This document shows, piece by piece, positions 1 through 9,193 of a stretch of 33,501 nt of DNA. Where the stretch lies: positions 1 through 33,501 of the forward strand of contig JBHLRP010000034.1 of the NCBI GenBank assembly GCA_048882485.1, written 5' to 3'. Source of the stretch: Candidatus Thorarchaeota archaeon. Its GTDB lineage: Archaea; Asgardarchaeota; Thorarchaeia; Thorarchaeales; Thorarchaeaceae. How positions within the stretch are numbered: position 1 is the stretch's first letter; each line of letters opens with the position of its first letter. The notes beneath the pieces were generated by a model. It searched no databases and was not told the origin of the DNA. It was given only the letters and a program-made list of their open reading frames with translations. A program made the position numbers and the translations under genes.

Positions 1-645
1 GGAATGGTTTAGACTTCAATCCACGTATGGACTTCTAGGCAAGATAGATTGGGAAGCCACATGTAATGGAGTCATTGCTTGTGAGGATGGTTTTCGGGCT
101 ACAACTTATGATCCAAGCAGGTTTGAGGCCCTGACCTTGCAGATGGGCATAGAATCGAGAATCATTGAGGTGGACAACTCAAGTGTGTTTTGTGTGATTA
201 ATAAACAGAGCTGAATCAATGTCATGATTGACCATCGAGATTCTTACTCCTCTTGTGTACAAAGTGATCTTGTGTGAATTTTGGCATTGAGGAACCATGC
301 CTTGCTGCATTGCCCATAGCAATAGCTCATTGAAGGAGGTCTCATCCACTCTCAATTTGCGCCATCGGAAAGTGATGAGTTCACTCTCCGAGCAGGTCGG
401 CTATCTTTGCAGTCAATCTCAGACATTGAATTGACATATATCTACTCTGAGGAAACAGTTTCGGAATGGGTGGCATCGTAATTGATGCATCCTAAGAAAC
501 AATTTATTCTCTTCCGAGAAGTATCTCTTCGAAGACTGCTACTTCAGCATGGCTTTGTTGACTACAGCCCTGGAGCCAGTAGATCTCCATGATGGTCGAC
601 TGATGCAAGACAGTACGCTACCAAACTAGGGACTTGGTAAAGAGA

Positions 646-2085
646 ATGGCATCAACTGACCCAATCAATAGTGAATTACCTGACACTGGAAACATCCTTG
701 AGAAGATACTGGAGCACTCAATGGAAGGTGTCGCCATCATCGGCGATGATGAGAGAATAGAGTACGTCAATGATAGAGTCTGCGAGATCCTTGGCAAGAT
801 GCATGATGAAGTCCTAGGCCAGTCGTTTCAGCGCTTCATTCATCAAGACAGTGCAGACCTTGCCATGAAACGATATACCAGTGGACTGAGTGGAGAACTG
901 ATTCCTTTTACCTGTGAAGCCCGAGTTCTTCGAGGTGAGGATGAGGTCCGGGAGGTCCGTATCCACACTACCACCCTGACAAACGGGGAGAACAAGAACA
1001 AGATACTGGTGAAGTTGCTTGACATCACAGACGAGAAGAGGACCCAACAGGCTTTGGCAAGACATGAGATGATGTATCGCACACTTGTAAGGAATATGAA
1101 CGAGGGGCTGGGAGTCATCGATGACAGGGGCGTGCTGGTCCAAGCAAATCCCGCCCTATGCAGAATCCTGGGATATTCTGAAGAGGAGGTTGTAGGGAAG
1201 ACAGCTGCTGACATCATGTACGGGCTGACAGGAGATGCGGTGTTTGAGAAGATCAAGGAGAGGATAGCTGGCAACTCAGATCGGTATGAGACTCATCTCA
1301 TTCACAGGTCAGGCAAGCTGATTCCTGTGATGGTATCGGCATCTCCGCTCCTCAGTGACACCGGCGAGTACACAGGCAGTTGCGCGATAATCTCTGATAT
1401 CACAGAGCAGAAGGCAATTGAGAGGGCCCTACAGAGAGCCAGAGATCGAGCAGTCTTGTATCTCGACATGATGCGACATGACATAAGAAACCACCTTCAG
1501 GAGGTCCAGGTTTCAGCAGAGCTTCTGCTGTTTAATACCAGCGACCCATCAGTGGGCACCCTTGTTGAGAACATTCTCAATGCGGTCTCAAAATCCGCTA
1601 CTGTTATCTCTAGCTCGAGGGTCATGGAAGAGGCTGCGGAACTACCGCTGAATGAGTGGCGACTTGATGAAGTCCTCTGTGAGAGTATGAAGAATGCATC
1701 GATACTTCTTGATGATGTGATGATAAGCCTATCACTTCATGTGACAGAGGCCAGGACCAGGGCTGATGAATACCTAGAGCTCCTTCTCTCCGATCTGCTC
1801 GTGAACGCATTTGATGGCCACACTTCAGAGATGAAGAGAATATGGGTTGACCTGAAAGAAGAGGGCGACTTCTACGTACTGTCCGTCAGTGATATTGAGC
1901 CGGGGGTAGAGGATGGTGCAGGGGGCAATATGGTTGACCTAGGCTCACGCTCGGAGGGACCTGGTCTTAATCTTGCACGTCACATCATGCGGAAGTATGG
2001 CGGAGCGATTGATGTCATGCGGAGAATGACTGGCGATTCAAGTCAGGGAAGGAGCATCAGGGTGAGCTTTCCACGGTCTGAATAG
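646..2085 (+). CDS. PAS-PAS sensor histidine kinase-like protein with degenerate HATPase domain
   Basis: Two PAS/PAC repeats (ending LLDITDEK and ISDITEQK) and H-box MRHDIRNHL. HATPase boxes are eroded (LLVNAFDGH, SDIEPGV, GPGLNLA). ATG 646 preferred over TTG 634. Confidence 0.85.
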   Translation: MASTDPINSELPDTGNILEKILEHSMEGVAIIGDDERIEYVNDRVCEILGKMHDEVLGQSFQRFIHQDSADLAMKRYTSGLSGELIPFTCEARVLRGEDEVREVRIHTTTLTNGENKNKILVKLLDITDEKRTQQALARHEMMYRTLVRNMNEGLGVIDDRGVLVQANPALCRILGYSEEEVVGKTAADIMYGLTGDAVFEKIKERIAGNSDRYETHLIHRSGKLIPVMVSASPLLSDTGEYTGSCAIISDITEQKAIERALQRARDRAVLYLDMMRHDIRNHLQEVQVSAELLLFNTSDPSVGTLVENILNAVSKSATVISSSRVMEEAAELPLNEWRLDEVLCESMKNASILLDDVMISLSLHVTEARTRADEYLELLLSDLLVNAFDGHTSEMKRIWVDLKEEGDFYVLSVSDIEPGVEDGAGGNMVDLGSRSEGPGLNLARHIMRKYGGAIDVMRRMTGDSSQGRSIRVSFPRSE

Positions 2086-2224
2086 TGTTTACACACATGC
2101 AAACTCCATCAGTTCTGCAGTCGTGGCTTTTTTCAAGAAATGGGTTTGAATTCTAAGAGAAAGATCCTATGAGCCATTTCAATTGGAACGTTTTGGCCAG
2201 TCCATCAGATTGTGTTGCTAAGAT

Positions 2225-2712
2225 GTGGTGCCGCGTGGTTTAGCCATGACCCAGCCTATCGTGCCGCTAAGGATGGTCCCAGATAATTGCCTTTGATGTA
2301 GAGATGAGGGGATGCGATAGTCCATCAGTGAACCCCAGTCGTGAAAAGATGTGCGGTAATCATAGGTTGATGAGTGGGAATTAATAGCAGAGGAAGCCCA
2401 CTGTACACCAACCAGCAGGGTAGTCGACTGTGACAATAGCGTCTGTAAAAGCAACGTTCTCTCCTCAGCGTTCTCGAAGTGCCGTTACCATGCGGCTGGT
2501 TACAGACAGTTCTCAGCTTGACTTTCAATGTTTCGGCTTGAAACGACCCGGAATGCCTACTCAAAGCATTGCGATTGTCATCTTGGTGACTTCAATAGGC
2601 ATAGACAAGGAACACTTCCGAGCAGATGAAACTCTCAACCTTGTTCCGAACAGCCAATGAGATGCCCAGCAGGGCTCTCGTTCATACAGTAGAATATGCC
2701 CTCGACAGGCTG
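2225..2712 (+). repeat. Direct repeat copy 1 (non-coding conserved block plus 5' end of iRadA-like gene)
   Basis: Aligns with 11772-12277. Core 2389-2520 versus 11939-12070 has 9 mismatches in 132 nt by manual count. The 3' part also aligns with 13425-13550. Confidence 0.9.
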
Positions 2713-2763
2713 AGGAGTTCTTTCCATTGGAATTCTCATTACAGTAATACAGTCCAAAACTAA
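2626..2763 (+). pseudogene. 5' remnant of RadA-like (iRadA) gene
   Basis: Translates MKLSTLFRTANEMPSRALVHTVEYALDRL, matching MIPSTVFRTADELSHRTLTPIRDETLDRL at 13464; similarity stops at ~2712. Confidence 0.7.
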
Positions 2764-2935
2764 TGCGTAGATGACTGCTTGGGGTTTGCCCATAATGGTG
2801 ACGGAGCTGATAGGAGGATGTACAATTGTGGCTTCTCGTGTGGGGACCCAGAACGAAGGTGGGGCGCAGGAAAACGAGGGGGATTGCACTTCTAGCTCTT
2901 GACGCATTCCTATCAGCTCACGTCATTGCTTGCGT

Positions 2936-5335
2936 CTATTCTTGCTCCTTCCGCTGTGGTTCTCTGCCTGTTTCTGCCCTAGGAATCCACACTCGAAATT
3001 CTACACCTTGGTAATGCATTCCTGGCACTCGGTCAAGCACATCAACTCTGCCCTTGTATTTCTCTAGAATCTCTTTGACTTGATGAAGCCCTACGCCTCC
3101 AAAGCGCCGGTTTGGATTGAACAAGTGGTTCTTGGTCGTATTCCGTATTCCTGGTCCGTTATCAGATATTGACACCTCATACCCATGACCCTTCTGCTTA
3201 ATCTCAACCCATATTCGTGGGTCCGGAGAGGGATTGTGTTGGATTGCGTTCTCTAGGAGATTGTCCAAGAGGCACTCTAGAAAAGCATCAGCAAGTATTG
3301 GTGCATAATTGACGGCATATTCTGATTCGATGAGAACTTGGTCATCATCCTCAATCATGGCATTGACACAATCGAATAACACAGCCCTCAGGTCCCTCTG
3401 GACAAGTGGAACGTCAGTAAGATGTTCTGTAGATTTGGCCTTGAGCACAATCCGCTCACATTTCTTAACAGCATCTTCAATCATCTCAATGAGATAACCA
3501 TTATCCAGCGTACTCATCTTCTCCTTGAGAAGCGCGTTACATGACATTATTATCTGGAGTTGGTTGGTCACATCATGTCCCATTAGATCCAAGTATAGCC
3601 TTGCTCTCTGCGAGGTCATCTGCAGCTCCCTCTCGATCCTTTTCCGCTCAGTTATGTCCAAGACGGTTCCTATCATTCGAACAGCTTTGCCATTATCATC
3701 ATAGATGACCTCGCTCCGCGCGTGTACTATTCTTTCTGAACCATCAGGTCTGACTATGCGATGCTCAATCCTGTATGGGTCTTTTCTTGACAATGTCCTG
3801 TCAACAGCCGCTCTAACGTATTCTCTATCATTCGGATGGACAAACTTCAGAAATGATTCGTAGCTTCCAAAGAAATCCTGTGGTGTCACGCCAAAGATGT
3901 TATAGACCTCATCTGACCAATGCAGTTCATCTGCTTGAATGTCCCAGTCCCAATTGCCAAGATGAGCAATCCTTTGGGCTTCCGTAAGACTTGCCTGACT
4001 TTGGAGGAGCGCCGCCTCTGCCTCCTTCCGCTCAGTGATGTTTCTCGCTACACTGACGATGCTCTCTCCATCCTCGTGCAGATCCAGAGTGACTGAGAAC
4101 CAGGACTGATTCCCTCCGCTATCGAGGACATACTCTAAGTCCTGACGGTTTCCTATGGCCCGGACAATTTCAGAAAGTTCTACGTATTGATGAGCCACAT
4201 CCATGGGAAACACTTCAGTCAATTTCTTTCCCAAGAACTCTTCAGGAGGTGCAGGGAGGAACTCAATGCTTGATGAATAGAATTGTGAAAACCGATTGTC
4301 CTCGTTAGTCACAAAGATCATGTCTTTGATTGACTGAATGAGAGTCCGATGCCGCTCCTCACTCTCTCTCAGTGCCTCCTCTGCTTCATGCCGTTCTGTT
4401 ATGTCAAGGGCATACTCGATTATTTTTGTGACATCTCCATTGTGATCAAATATCGGATACGCGTGAATCTCAAAGTATCTAGCATTCCCTGATGCGCTAT
4501 GATGAATATGGTTCACAACCACAGGCTCTCTTCTCACCTTCACCTCTTCAAGTGGACATGGATGGTCTGCACCATCACACGGCCTTTTCTTCTGGTGGGT
4601 GAGAGCAAAGCAGGTTGAGCCATCTTCGAGAACACCAAACCCTGAAGCGTCATTTGCCATTGTGATTGTGTAGTCATTAGCATCGATGACATAGAAGGGA
4701 TGCGTCAAGGACTCTTTCACTCGCTCCAGAAAGTCACGTTGACTTCGTATAGTTTCTTGAGCCGCCCTATACTGGGTGATGTCGAAGAACATGGTCACAA
4801 GACAACATTTCTCCGACCTGTATGCTGATACAGAGAGCCATCGTCCGAGATGCTCAAGATACTGCTCGAACTCGACCCTCTCCCCGGTGAGAACCACTCT
4901 TCCGAGAGTCCCGATCCAGTCAAATTCTGATGTCTGAATACCCGGAAATACGTCGGTCATACTGTTCCCAACGATGTTTCTGCGCTTCATTCCAGTCAGA
5001 CTCTCAAAAGCAGCATTGACCTCCACATAAATGCAGTCGTAGGGGTGGCCTTCGTCATCGAGCATGATTCTAAGATAAGCAAGTGCAATTGGCATATTTC
5101 GAAATAGACGTTGAAATCTGAGTTCACTATCTAGCCGGGACTGAGTGAGAGTTCTGATCATGTTCTGAAAGGCTCCGCTCTTATGTGAGTTTCTCTGTGG
5201 TTTCGATGTCCCGTCCTCAGCATCGATTCCACTTGGAGTATCATCTGACAGATCAGCAGAAGATCTATCTGTTCCACTGTGGGTCGTGCCAGTGGGGATT
5301 GAACCTGCATTGGGATGGTCCCTGAAACTAGTCAT
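2936..5335 (-). CDS. Cytoplasmic 4xPAS sensor histidine kinase
   Basis: Four PAS/PAC units, H-box MGHDVTNQL, N-box NLLENAIQH, G1 SDNGPGI, G2 GGVGL. ATG 5335 overlaps the upstream roadblock stop by 8 nt, which suggests translational coupling. Confidence 0.92.
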   Translation of the reverse strand: MTSFRDHPNAGSIPTGTTHSGTDRSSADLSDDTPSGIDAEDGTSKPQRNSHKSGAFQNMIRTLTQSRLDSELRFQRLFRNMPIALAYLRIMLDDEGHPYDCIYVEVNAAFESLTGMKRRNIVGNSMTDVFPGIQTSEFDWIGTLGRVVLTGERVEFEQYLEHLGRWLSVSAYRSEKCCLVTMFFDITQYRAAQETIRSQRDFLERVKESLTHPFYVIDANDYTITMANDASGFGVLEDGSTCFALTHQKKRPCDGADHPCPLEEVKVRREPVVVNHIHHSASGNARYFEIHAYPIFDHNGDVTKIIEYALDITERHEAEEALRESEERHRTLIQSIKDMIFVTNEDNRFSQFYSSSIEFLPAPPEEFLGKKLTEVFPMDVAHQYVELSEIVRAIGNRQDLEYVLDSGGNQSWFSVTLDLHEDGESIVSVARNITERKEAEAALLQSQASLTEAQRIAHLGNWDWDIQADELHWSDEVYNIFGVTPQDFFGSYESFLKFVHPNDREYVRAAVDRTLSRKDPYRIEHRIVRPDGSERIVHARSEVIYDDNGKAVRMIGTVLDITERKRIERELQMTSQRARLYLDLMGHDVTNQLQIIMSCNALLKEKMSTLDNGYLIEMIEDAVKKCERIVLKAKSTEHLTDVPLVQRDLRAVLFDCVNAMIEDDDQVLIESEYAVNYAPILADAFLECLLDNLLENAIQHNPSPDPRIWVEIKQKGHGYEVSISDNGPGIRNTTKNHLFNPNRRFGGVGLHQVKEILEKYKGRVDVLDRVPGMHYQGVEFRVWIPRAETGREPQRKEQE

Positions 5336-5720
5336 TAATAATGCTCGACTCCCAGTTTCCAAATGCTCTCTCGACCCTCTCAACCGTCCTGCTCAGTTCG
5401 AAGTCTATAAGCCCAATCTCTGAGTCAGAGGGAGCTATTCCGACGAGAAGCATTCGACCAATATCCTTGAGCATCACAGACTTCTCTTCACCGTCAATCC
5501 GCGTCGATCTCAATGTCCCGACGTTCAGTTCTACCCCCACTCGGTTACCTATCGATAGAATGGCTGCAGCCATGGCTGAGACTGCCTTCTCTCCAGCACT
5601 CTCTGGCAGAGAGGAGCTTATCATCTGACCCTTGTCTGAAACAAGGGCAGACCCAATCAGATCGCAGTTCTGTTCCAATTCTCTCAATATTGCATCAAGT
5701 TTGGCCATTCTCTTACTCAA
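5328..5720 (-). CDS. Roadblock/LC7 (MglB-like) protein
   Basis: SALVSDKGQMISSSLP...VSAMAAAILSIG...IGLIDFEL is the typical roadblock pattern; close paralogue of 7932-8294. Confidence 0.9.
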   Translation of the reverse strand: MSKRMAKLDAILRELEQNCDLIGSALVSDKGQMISSSLPESAGEKAVSAMAAAILSIGNRVGVELNVGTLRSTRIDGEEKSVMLKDIGRMLLVGIAPSDSEIGLIDFELSRTVERVERAFGNWESSIIND

Positions 5721-5753
5721 ACCTCTCTCACCCCGTTCTTCCTCGTTCCTGAG

Positions 5754-6191
5754 CTATGCACTCTCCAAGATCTTACGAATATCTCGTTCCGCCTTATTGA
5801 ATAAGTCCTCAATCTTCTCCATAGTCATCCTCTTCTCCACAATCATCCGTCTTCTTAAGATTGAGAACCTCTCGGAGTCCTTTAGCACCGCTCCCATTCG
5901 AAACCGGCGATTGCTAACAAGAAACTCGCTCATCACAATAATCACCCCTAATGTCTTGACCAAGGCAGTTCTTGGGTTGCCAAAGCCGAGGTTCCCACTG
6001 ACTCTGCAAGCTGTGTCTGACATCAGGGAAACCATTGCTGACAAGGTTTCACTGGACGAGCCATCTGTTACCACTCCAGCAACAATCAACCCTCTTTCGC
6101 TGATCACCACAGAGCTGGAAATACTATCATTTGATTTTATTATCATTCTTCTCAGGATTCCTTCAAGCCTGTCAATCTTGCTCATACTCAT
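5754..6191 (-). CDS. Roadblock/LC7-like protein (divergent)
   Basis: SVVISERGLIVAG...LSAMVSLMSDTACRVSGNLGFG pattern, with a basic insert before the C-terminal helix. Confidence 0.75.
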   Translation of the reverse strand: MSMSKIDRLEGILRRMIIKSNDSISSSVVISERGLIVAGVVTDGSSSETLSAMVSLMSDTACRVSGNLGFGNPRTALVKTLGVIIVMSEFLVSNRRFRMGAVLKDSERFSILRRRMIVEKRMTMEKIEDLFNKAERDIRKILESA

Positions 6192-6207
6192 TGTCTATCC
6201 ACCCGCT

Positions 6208-7203
6208 TTACGTGACAGTTTCTTTGTGCAGTTTGACATCCCATCGGTTTACAATATCCCAAATCTCGCTGCTCAAGTTCTCCATCTCGAAAGTCACCAA
6301 TCCAAGCTGTGTAGAGCAAGGGAAGATGCATGCAATTAGAACGTTCTCAGCAATGCTTTTCAGGAGAATCGAGAAGGACACTGCGCCTCCAGAGTCCTCC
6401 GAGTCAACCAGTACTTGCCTGAACAGGTTTGTACTATCCACCATCCGGATAAAGTCCTCAGAGATTGTTACTAGACCAGCAGACATGCTGCTGATCACCA
6501 TTCCCAGTTCTTCTGGCATGGCATCATAGAATAGTTTGTGAGCTATTATGTAGCCGTCCACAGTAAAGACTGTGAGGCCCCACACAGGGACCTTCATCTC
6601 GAAGTTGCTCAGACGCTCTCTGATCTCCTTCACAGGAGGAACCTCGACCTCATCCAGTGCAGTCACAGGCTCTCTCACAGGAGGAGCTTCGGCCTCTTCA
6701 ACTTCTTTCCGCTTTTTCCTCGGTAGAGCCTCTACTTGTTCTGGTTTCACACCAGCATCTTTTACAGGAGGCATCATGCTCTCATCAGATTCCATGATAC
6801 CCTCTGTCAGAGTAGTTTCTTCGACCTCCTTTGAATCCATGAGCTGTTCTTTCACTAGGCGAGTTTCAGCCTTCTCTGGTACCATGACAGATTCTTCTTC
6901 CATATGTGCTTCAGCTTCCTCTGGGTCTATAGCCAGTTCCTTCATGGGATGTGCTTCGACCTCCTCTGGTTCCAGTGCAGTTTCTTCCAGGGATGAAACT
7001 TCGGCCGCCTTCCGTTTCTTTCTCATTGAAGCGACCGCTTTTTCTTGTTTCACACCAATTACTTTTACAGGAGAATCTTCGGCCTTTTCCTGCTCAATGA
7101 TGGTTTCTTTCATATGAGAAGCCTCGGCTTCTTCTGGTTCCCTTAGCATTTCATTTGCAGGATCTGCTTCAGCCTCTTCCGTTTCCTTCCGTTTCCTCTT
7201 CAT
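6208..7203 (-). CDS. Roadblock-domain protein with N-terminal acidic 15-aa tandem repeats
   Basis: C-terminal VFTVDGYIIAH...ISSMSAGLVTIS...QLGLVTFEM is roadblock-like. The N-terminal ~195 aa are Glu/Pro-rich repeats. 4-nt overlap with the GTPase stop. Confidence 0.8.
   Translation of the reverse strand: MKRKRKETEEAEADPANEMLREPEEAEASHMKETIIEQEKAEDSPVKVIGVKQEKAVASMRKKRKAAEVSSLEETALEPEEVEAHPMKELAIDPEEAEAHMEEESVMVPEKAETRLVKEQLMDSKEVEETTLTEGIMESDESMMPPVKDAGVKPEQVEALPRKKRKEVEEAEAPPVREPVTALDEVEVPPVKEIRERLSNFEMKVPVWGLTVFTVDGYIIAHKLFYDAMPEELGMVISSMSAGLVTISEDFIRMVDSTNLFRQVLVDSEDSGGAVSFSILLKSIAENVLIACIFPCSTQLGLVTFEMENLSSEIWDIVNRWDVKLHKETVT
6610..7140 (-). repeat. Degenerate ~45-nt (15-aa) coding tandem repeat, ~12 units
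   Basis: EPEEAEASHMKETII / EQEKAEDSPVKVIGV / EPEEVEAHPMKELAI / DPEEAEAHMEEESVM / VPEKAETRLVKEQLM / KPEQVEALPRKKRKE and others. Confidence 0.8.
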
Positions 7204-7874
7204 GTCACACCACCTCGTACTGCCTTATTGTCTACAGCATTCACTCCACTCTGACTACTAGCGGTTATTTCGTCGAGCTTTCTCAAAAGGAGAACTAGGG
7301 CATCTTTCGCAGACTCACGGTTCTTAGCTGACATGCCAGTTGCTTCAGAGACGCCGAGCCAAGACGCAACATTCTCTGGAGGTACTGCGTCAGCCCTGTC
7401 TTGCTTGTTAGCAACTATCTCCAATGGAATATTTCCAAAGGCGGCCTGAGTTTCAGCCAGAATAGCACACGCATCGCCAATCATAGCGGGATCTGATGAA
7501 TCAACAATCATCAAAACCCCATCAGTGCTGATCCTCATGGTGTCTCTCACGAACTTGAAGTGCAGTTGGCCTGGCACTCCTCTCAGCTCGATCTCCCTAG
7601 CGACCCACCCAGGGTATTCTGATCTCTCGCGCTCATACTCGGACTTGGCTACTATGAGGCCTATATGGCCCACTTCCTTCCTGACCCAGATGACTCTTCC
7701 CAGATCAAAACCTGTTGTCGTGGTGCTCTTCTCACCATGGAACTCCTCTTTCATCTCGCGTTCAATCGAGATAGCATCAGGATCCAGAGTGTGGATCAGG
7801 GTCGTCTTCCCAGCCTGAAAGGGCCCAGTCACATAGACCTTATAGTCATAGGACTTCAGCCGTCGCACAGACAT
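7200..7874 (-). CDS. Small GTPase, MglA/CvnD-like
   Basis: G1 GPFQAGKTT, G2 TTTGFDLG, G3 GVPGQ (Asp-less, as in MglA/CvnD types), G4 NKQD, G5 SAK. Confidence 0.93.
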   Translation of the reverse strand: MSVRRLKSYDYKVYVTGPFQAGKTTLIHTLDPDAISIEREMKEEFHGEKSTTTTGFDLGRVIWVRKEVGHIGLIVAKSEYERERSEYPGWVAREIELRGVPGQLHFKFVRDTMRISTDGVLMIVDSSDPAMIGDACAILAETQAAFGNIPLEIVANKQDRADAVPPENVASWLGVSEATGMSAKNRESAKDALVLLLRKLDEITASSQSGVNAVDNKAVRGGVT

Positions 7875-7931
7875 ATCAGACAGTCTCCGTTTCTGGTACT
7901 GGATGCTGTAGGGCCTCGTTCGCCTTGAGGC

Positions 7932-8294
7932 CTACAGGATCTCCTTGATCTCTCCTGCTGTCTTGTCCATCTCAAAATCGATAAGACCTATCTTTGCACC
8001 CGAGGGAGCAGTGGCAATCAGAGCCGCATCTACAACTCTCCTGACAATCACAGTCTTTTCACTACCCTCGATGACGATGTTCTTTGGTGCTCCAGAATCG
8101 AGTGCTGCACCTACTCGGCTCCCAATGGACAACAGTGCTGCAGACATAGCTGAAACAGCCTTTTCGTCTACGTCCTTGTGAAGTGCTGAGGCCATGACCT
8201 GCCCCTTGTCACTCACCAGAGCGCATCCATCAACCTCGCTGTTTGTTTCCAGTTGCTTTATGCATTCAGTTAGTTTTTTCATCTTCGAGCTCAT
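7932..8294 (-). CDS. Roadblock/LC7 (MglB-like) protein
   Basis: GCALVSDKGQVMASAL...VSAMSAALLSIG...IGLIDFEM. Confidence 0.92.
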   Translation of the reverse strand: MSSKMKKLTECIKQLETNSEVDGCALVSDKGQVMASALHKDVDEKAVSAMSAALLSIGSRVGAALDSGAPKNIVIEGSEKTVIVRRVVDAALIATAPSGAKIGLIDFEMDKTAGEIKEIL

Positions 8295-8435
8295 TTACTA
8301 TCACCTCTTTTCGTAAAATACGCAAGTGTGCCTTTCCTCCGCAGACACGTAGATCTTCTTTTTCTCACACCATACTAGTCCTTGGGGATTCTCATCTCCG
8401 GCATATACACAGTCTGACTTTGACATGATGAGTGA

Positions 8436-8906
8436 TCACTCCAAGGTTATTTTGAAGGCACACGTATTCTTTTCAGGTTGCCAGAGAGCCTCTGAAACAT
8501 TAGCTATCTTTCCCCCACTTTCTGTAATTGCTGCGGTTAGCATGGCCATCCAAGCACATGGAGGAATCAGGGCTGGATCATCACCTCTGATCAAGTTCGT
8601 TGCTGGAATGAGGGCACAATCCGCAAGCTCAATTCCAATCTCGGAATCACTCATGCCTGTGATTGTGACGTTCTGGACAGCACCGAGCTTGTTCATGGCA
8701 TCCACAAAACTCTCCACGGTTGACTTTGCGCCATCACCGCCAAAACCCAGACCTGCATATTCTACAAGTTCGCGGAGATCAACCTCTGCGAATTGAGAAG
8801 AAACCTGACTGATAAGTAGGTCCCCACTCAGACCCATGCGCATCAGTGAACGGGCTACTGCCGCAATGATGATATTGGATACGTTTACTAGATCCTTGTA
8901 TTCCAT
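8436..8906 (-). CDS. V4R/MetOD1-like (Bet3/TRAPP-fold superfamily) ligand- or metal-binding protein
   Basis: Helical N-terminus, then three spaced Cys (ELADCAL, IPPCAW, NTCAFKI) ending in a terminal beta strand, as in V4R-type domains. Confidence 0.65.
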   Translation of the reverse strand: MEYKDLVNVSNIIIAAVARSLMRMGLSGDLLISQVSSQFAEVDLRELVEYAGLGFGGDGAKSTVESFVDAMNKLGAVQNVTITGMSDSEIGIELADCALIPATNLIRGDDPALIPPCAWMAMLTAAITESGGKIANVSEALWQPEKNTCAFKITLE

Positions 8907-9193
8907 TGTTCTGTTCTCCTGACTGTTGCTTGTGTCAAAACAGTGTCCACAACTAACAGCCTATAGGAGAGGCACAGTTAGTATTAGATAAGGCTACGCT
9001 GGCAATTCACACTAGATGACCAGATTAGCAAGGATGCTGCGCAATCTGTTCGTTTTTCCGAACGCGCCGCTGATAATTTGTCCAATTTCATTGTGTTTTA
9101 TTTGGTTTAATCGACGAACACTTATTATTTCTCGAAACCAATTCCCTCCCAATTATTGCGTCATTATCTTTAACAGGTAAGGGGATAGCCTGA

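Noticed and set aside
1-630. Possible gene remnant at the window start
   Set aside because: Only short frames without convincing similarity.
2388-2412. GAGGAAGCCCACTGTACACC resembles the RNase P RNA 5' conserved region
   Set aside because: No matching 3' conserved region or P4 partner was found, and the element is duplicated.
2430-2660. 76-aa and 82-aa ORFs (also 11980-12228) open in both repeat copies
   Set aside because: Differences between copies are mostly non-synonymous and the ORFs overlap the iRadA start in another frame; most likely non-coding.
6610-7140. Periodic sequence considered as a CRISPR array
   Set aside because: Degenerate in-frame coding repeats with no identical repeat and unique spacer structure; no cas genes.
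5341-8796. Long + strand ORFs (e.g. 5632-6339, 6572-7117)
   Set aside because: Antisense shadows of the roadblock/GTPase operon with Ser-rich, motif-free translations.
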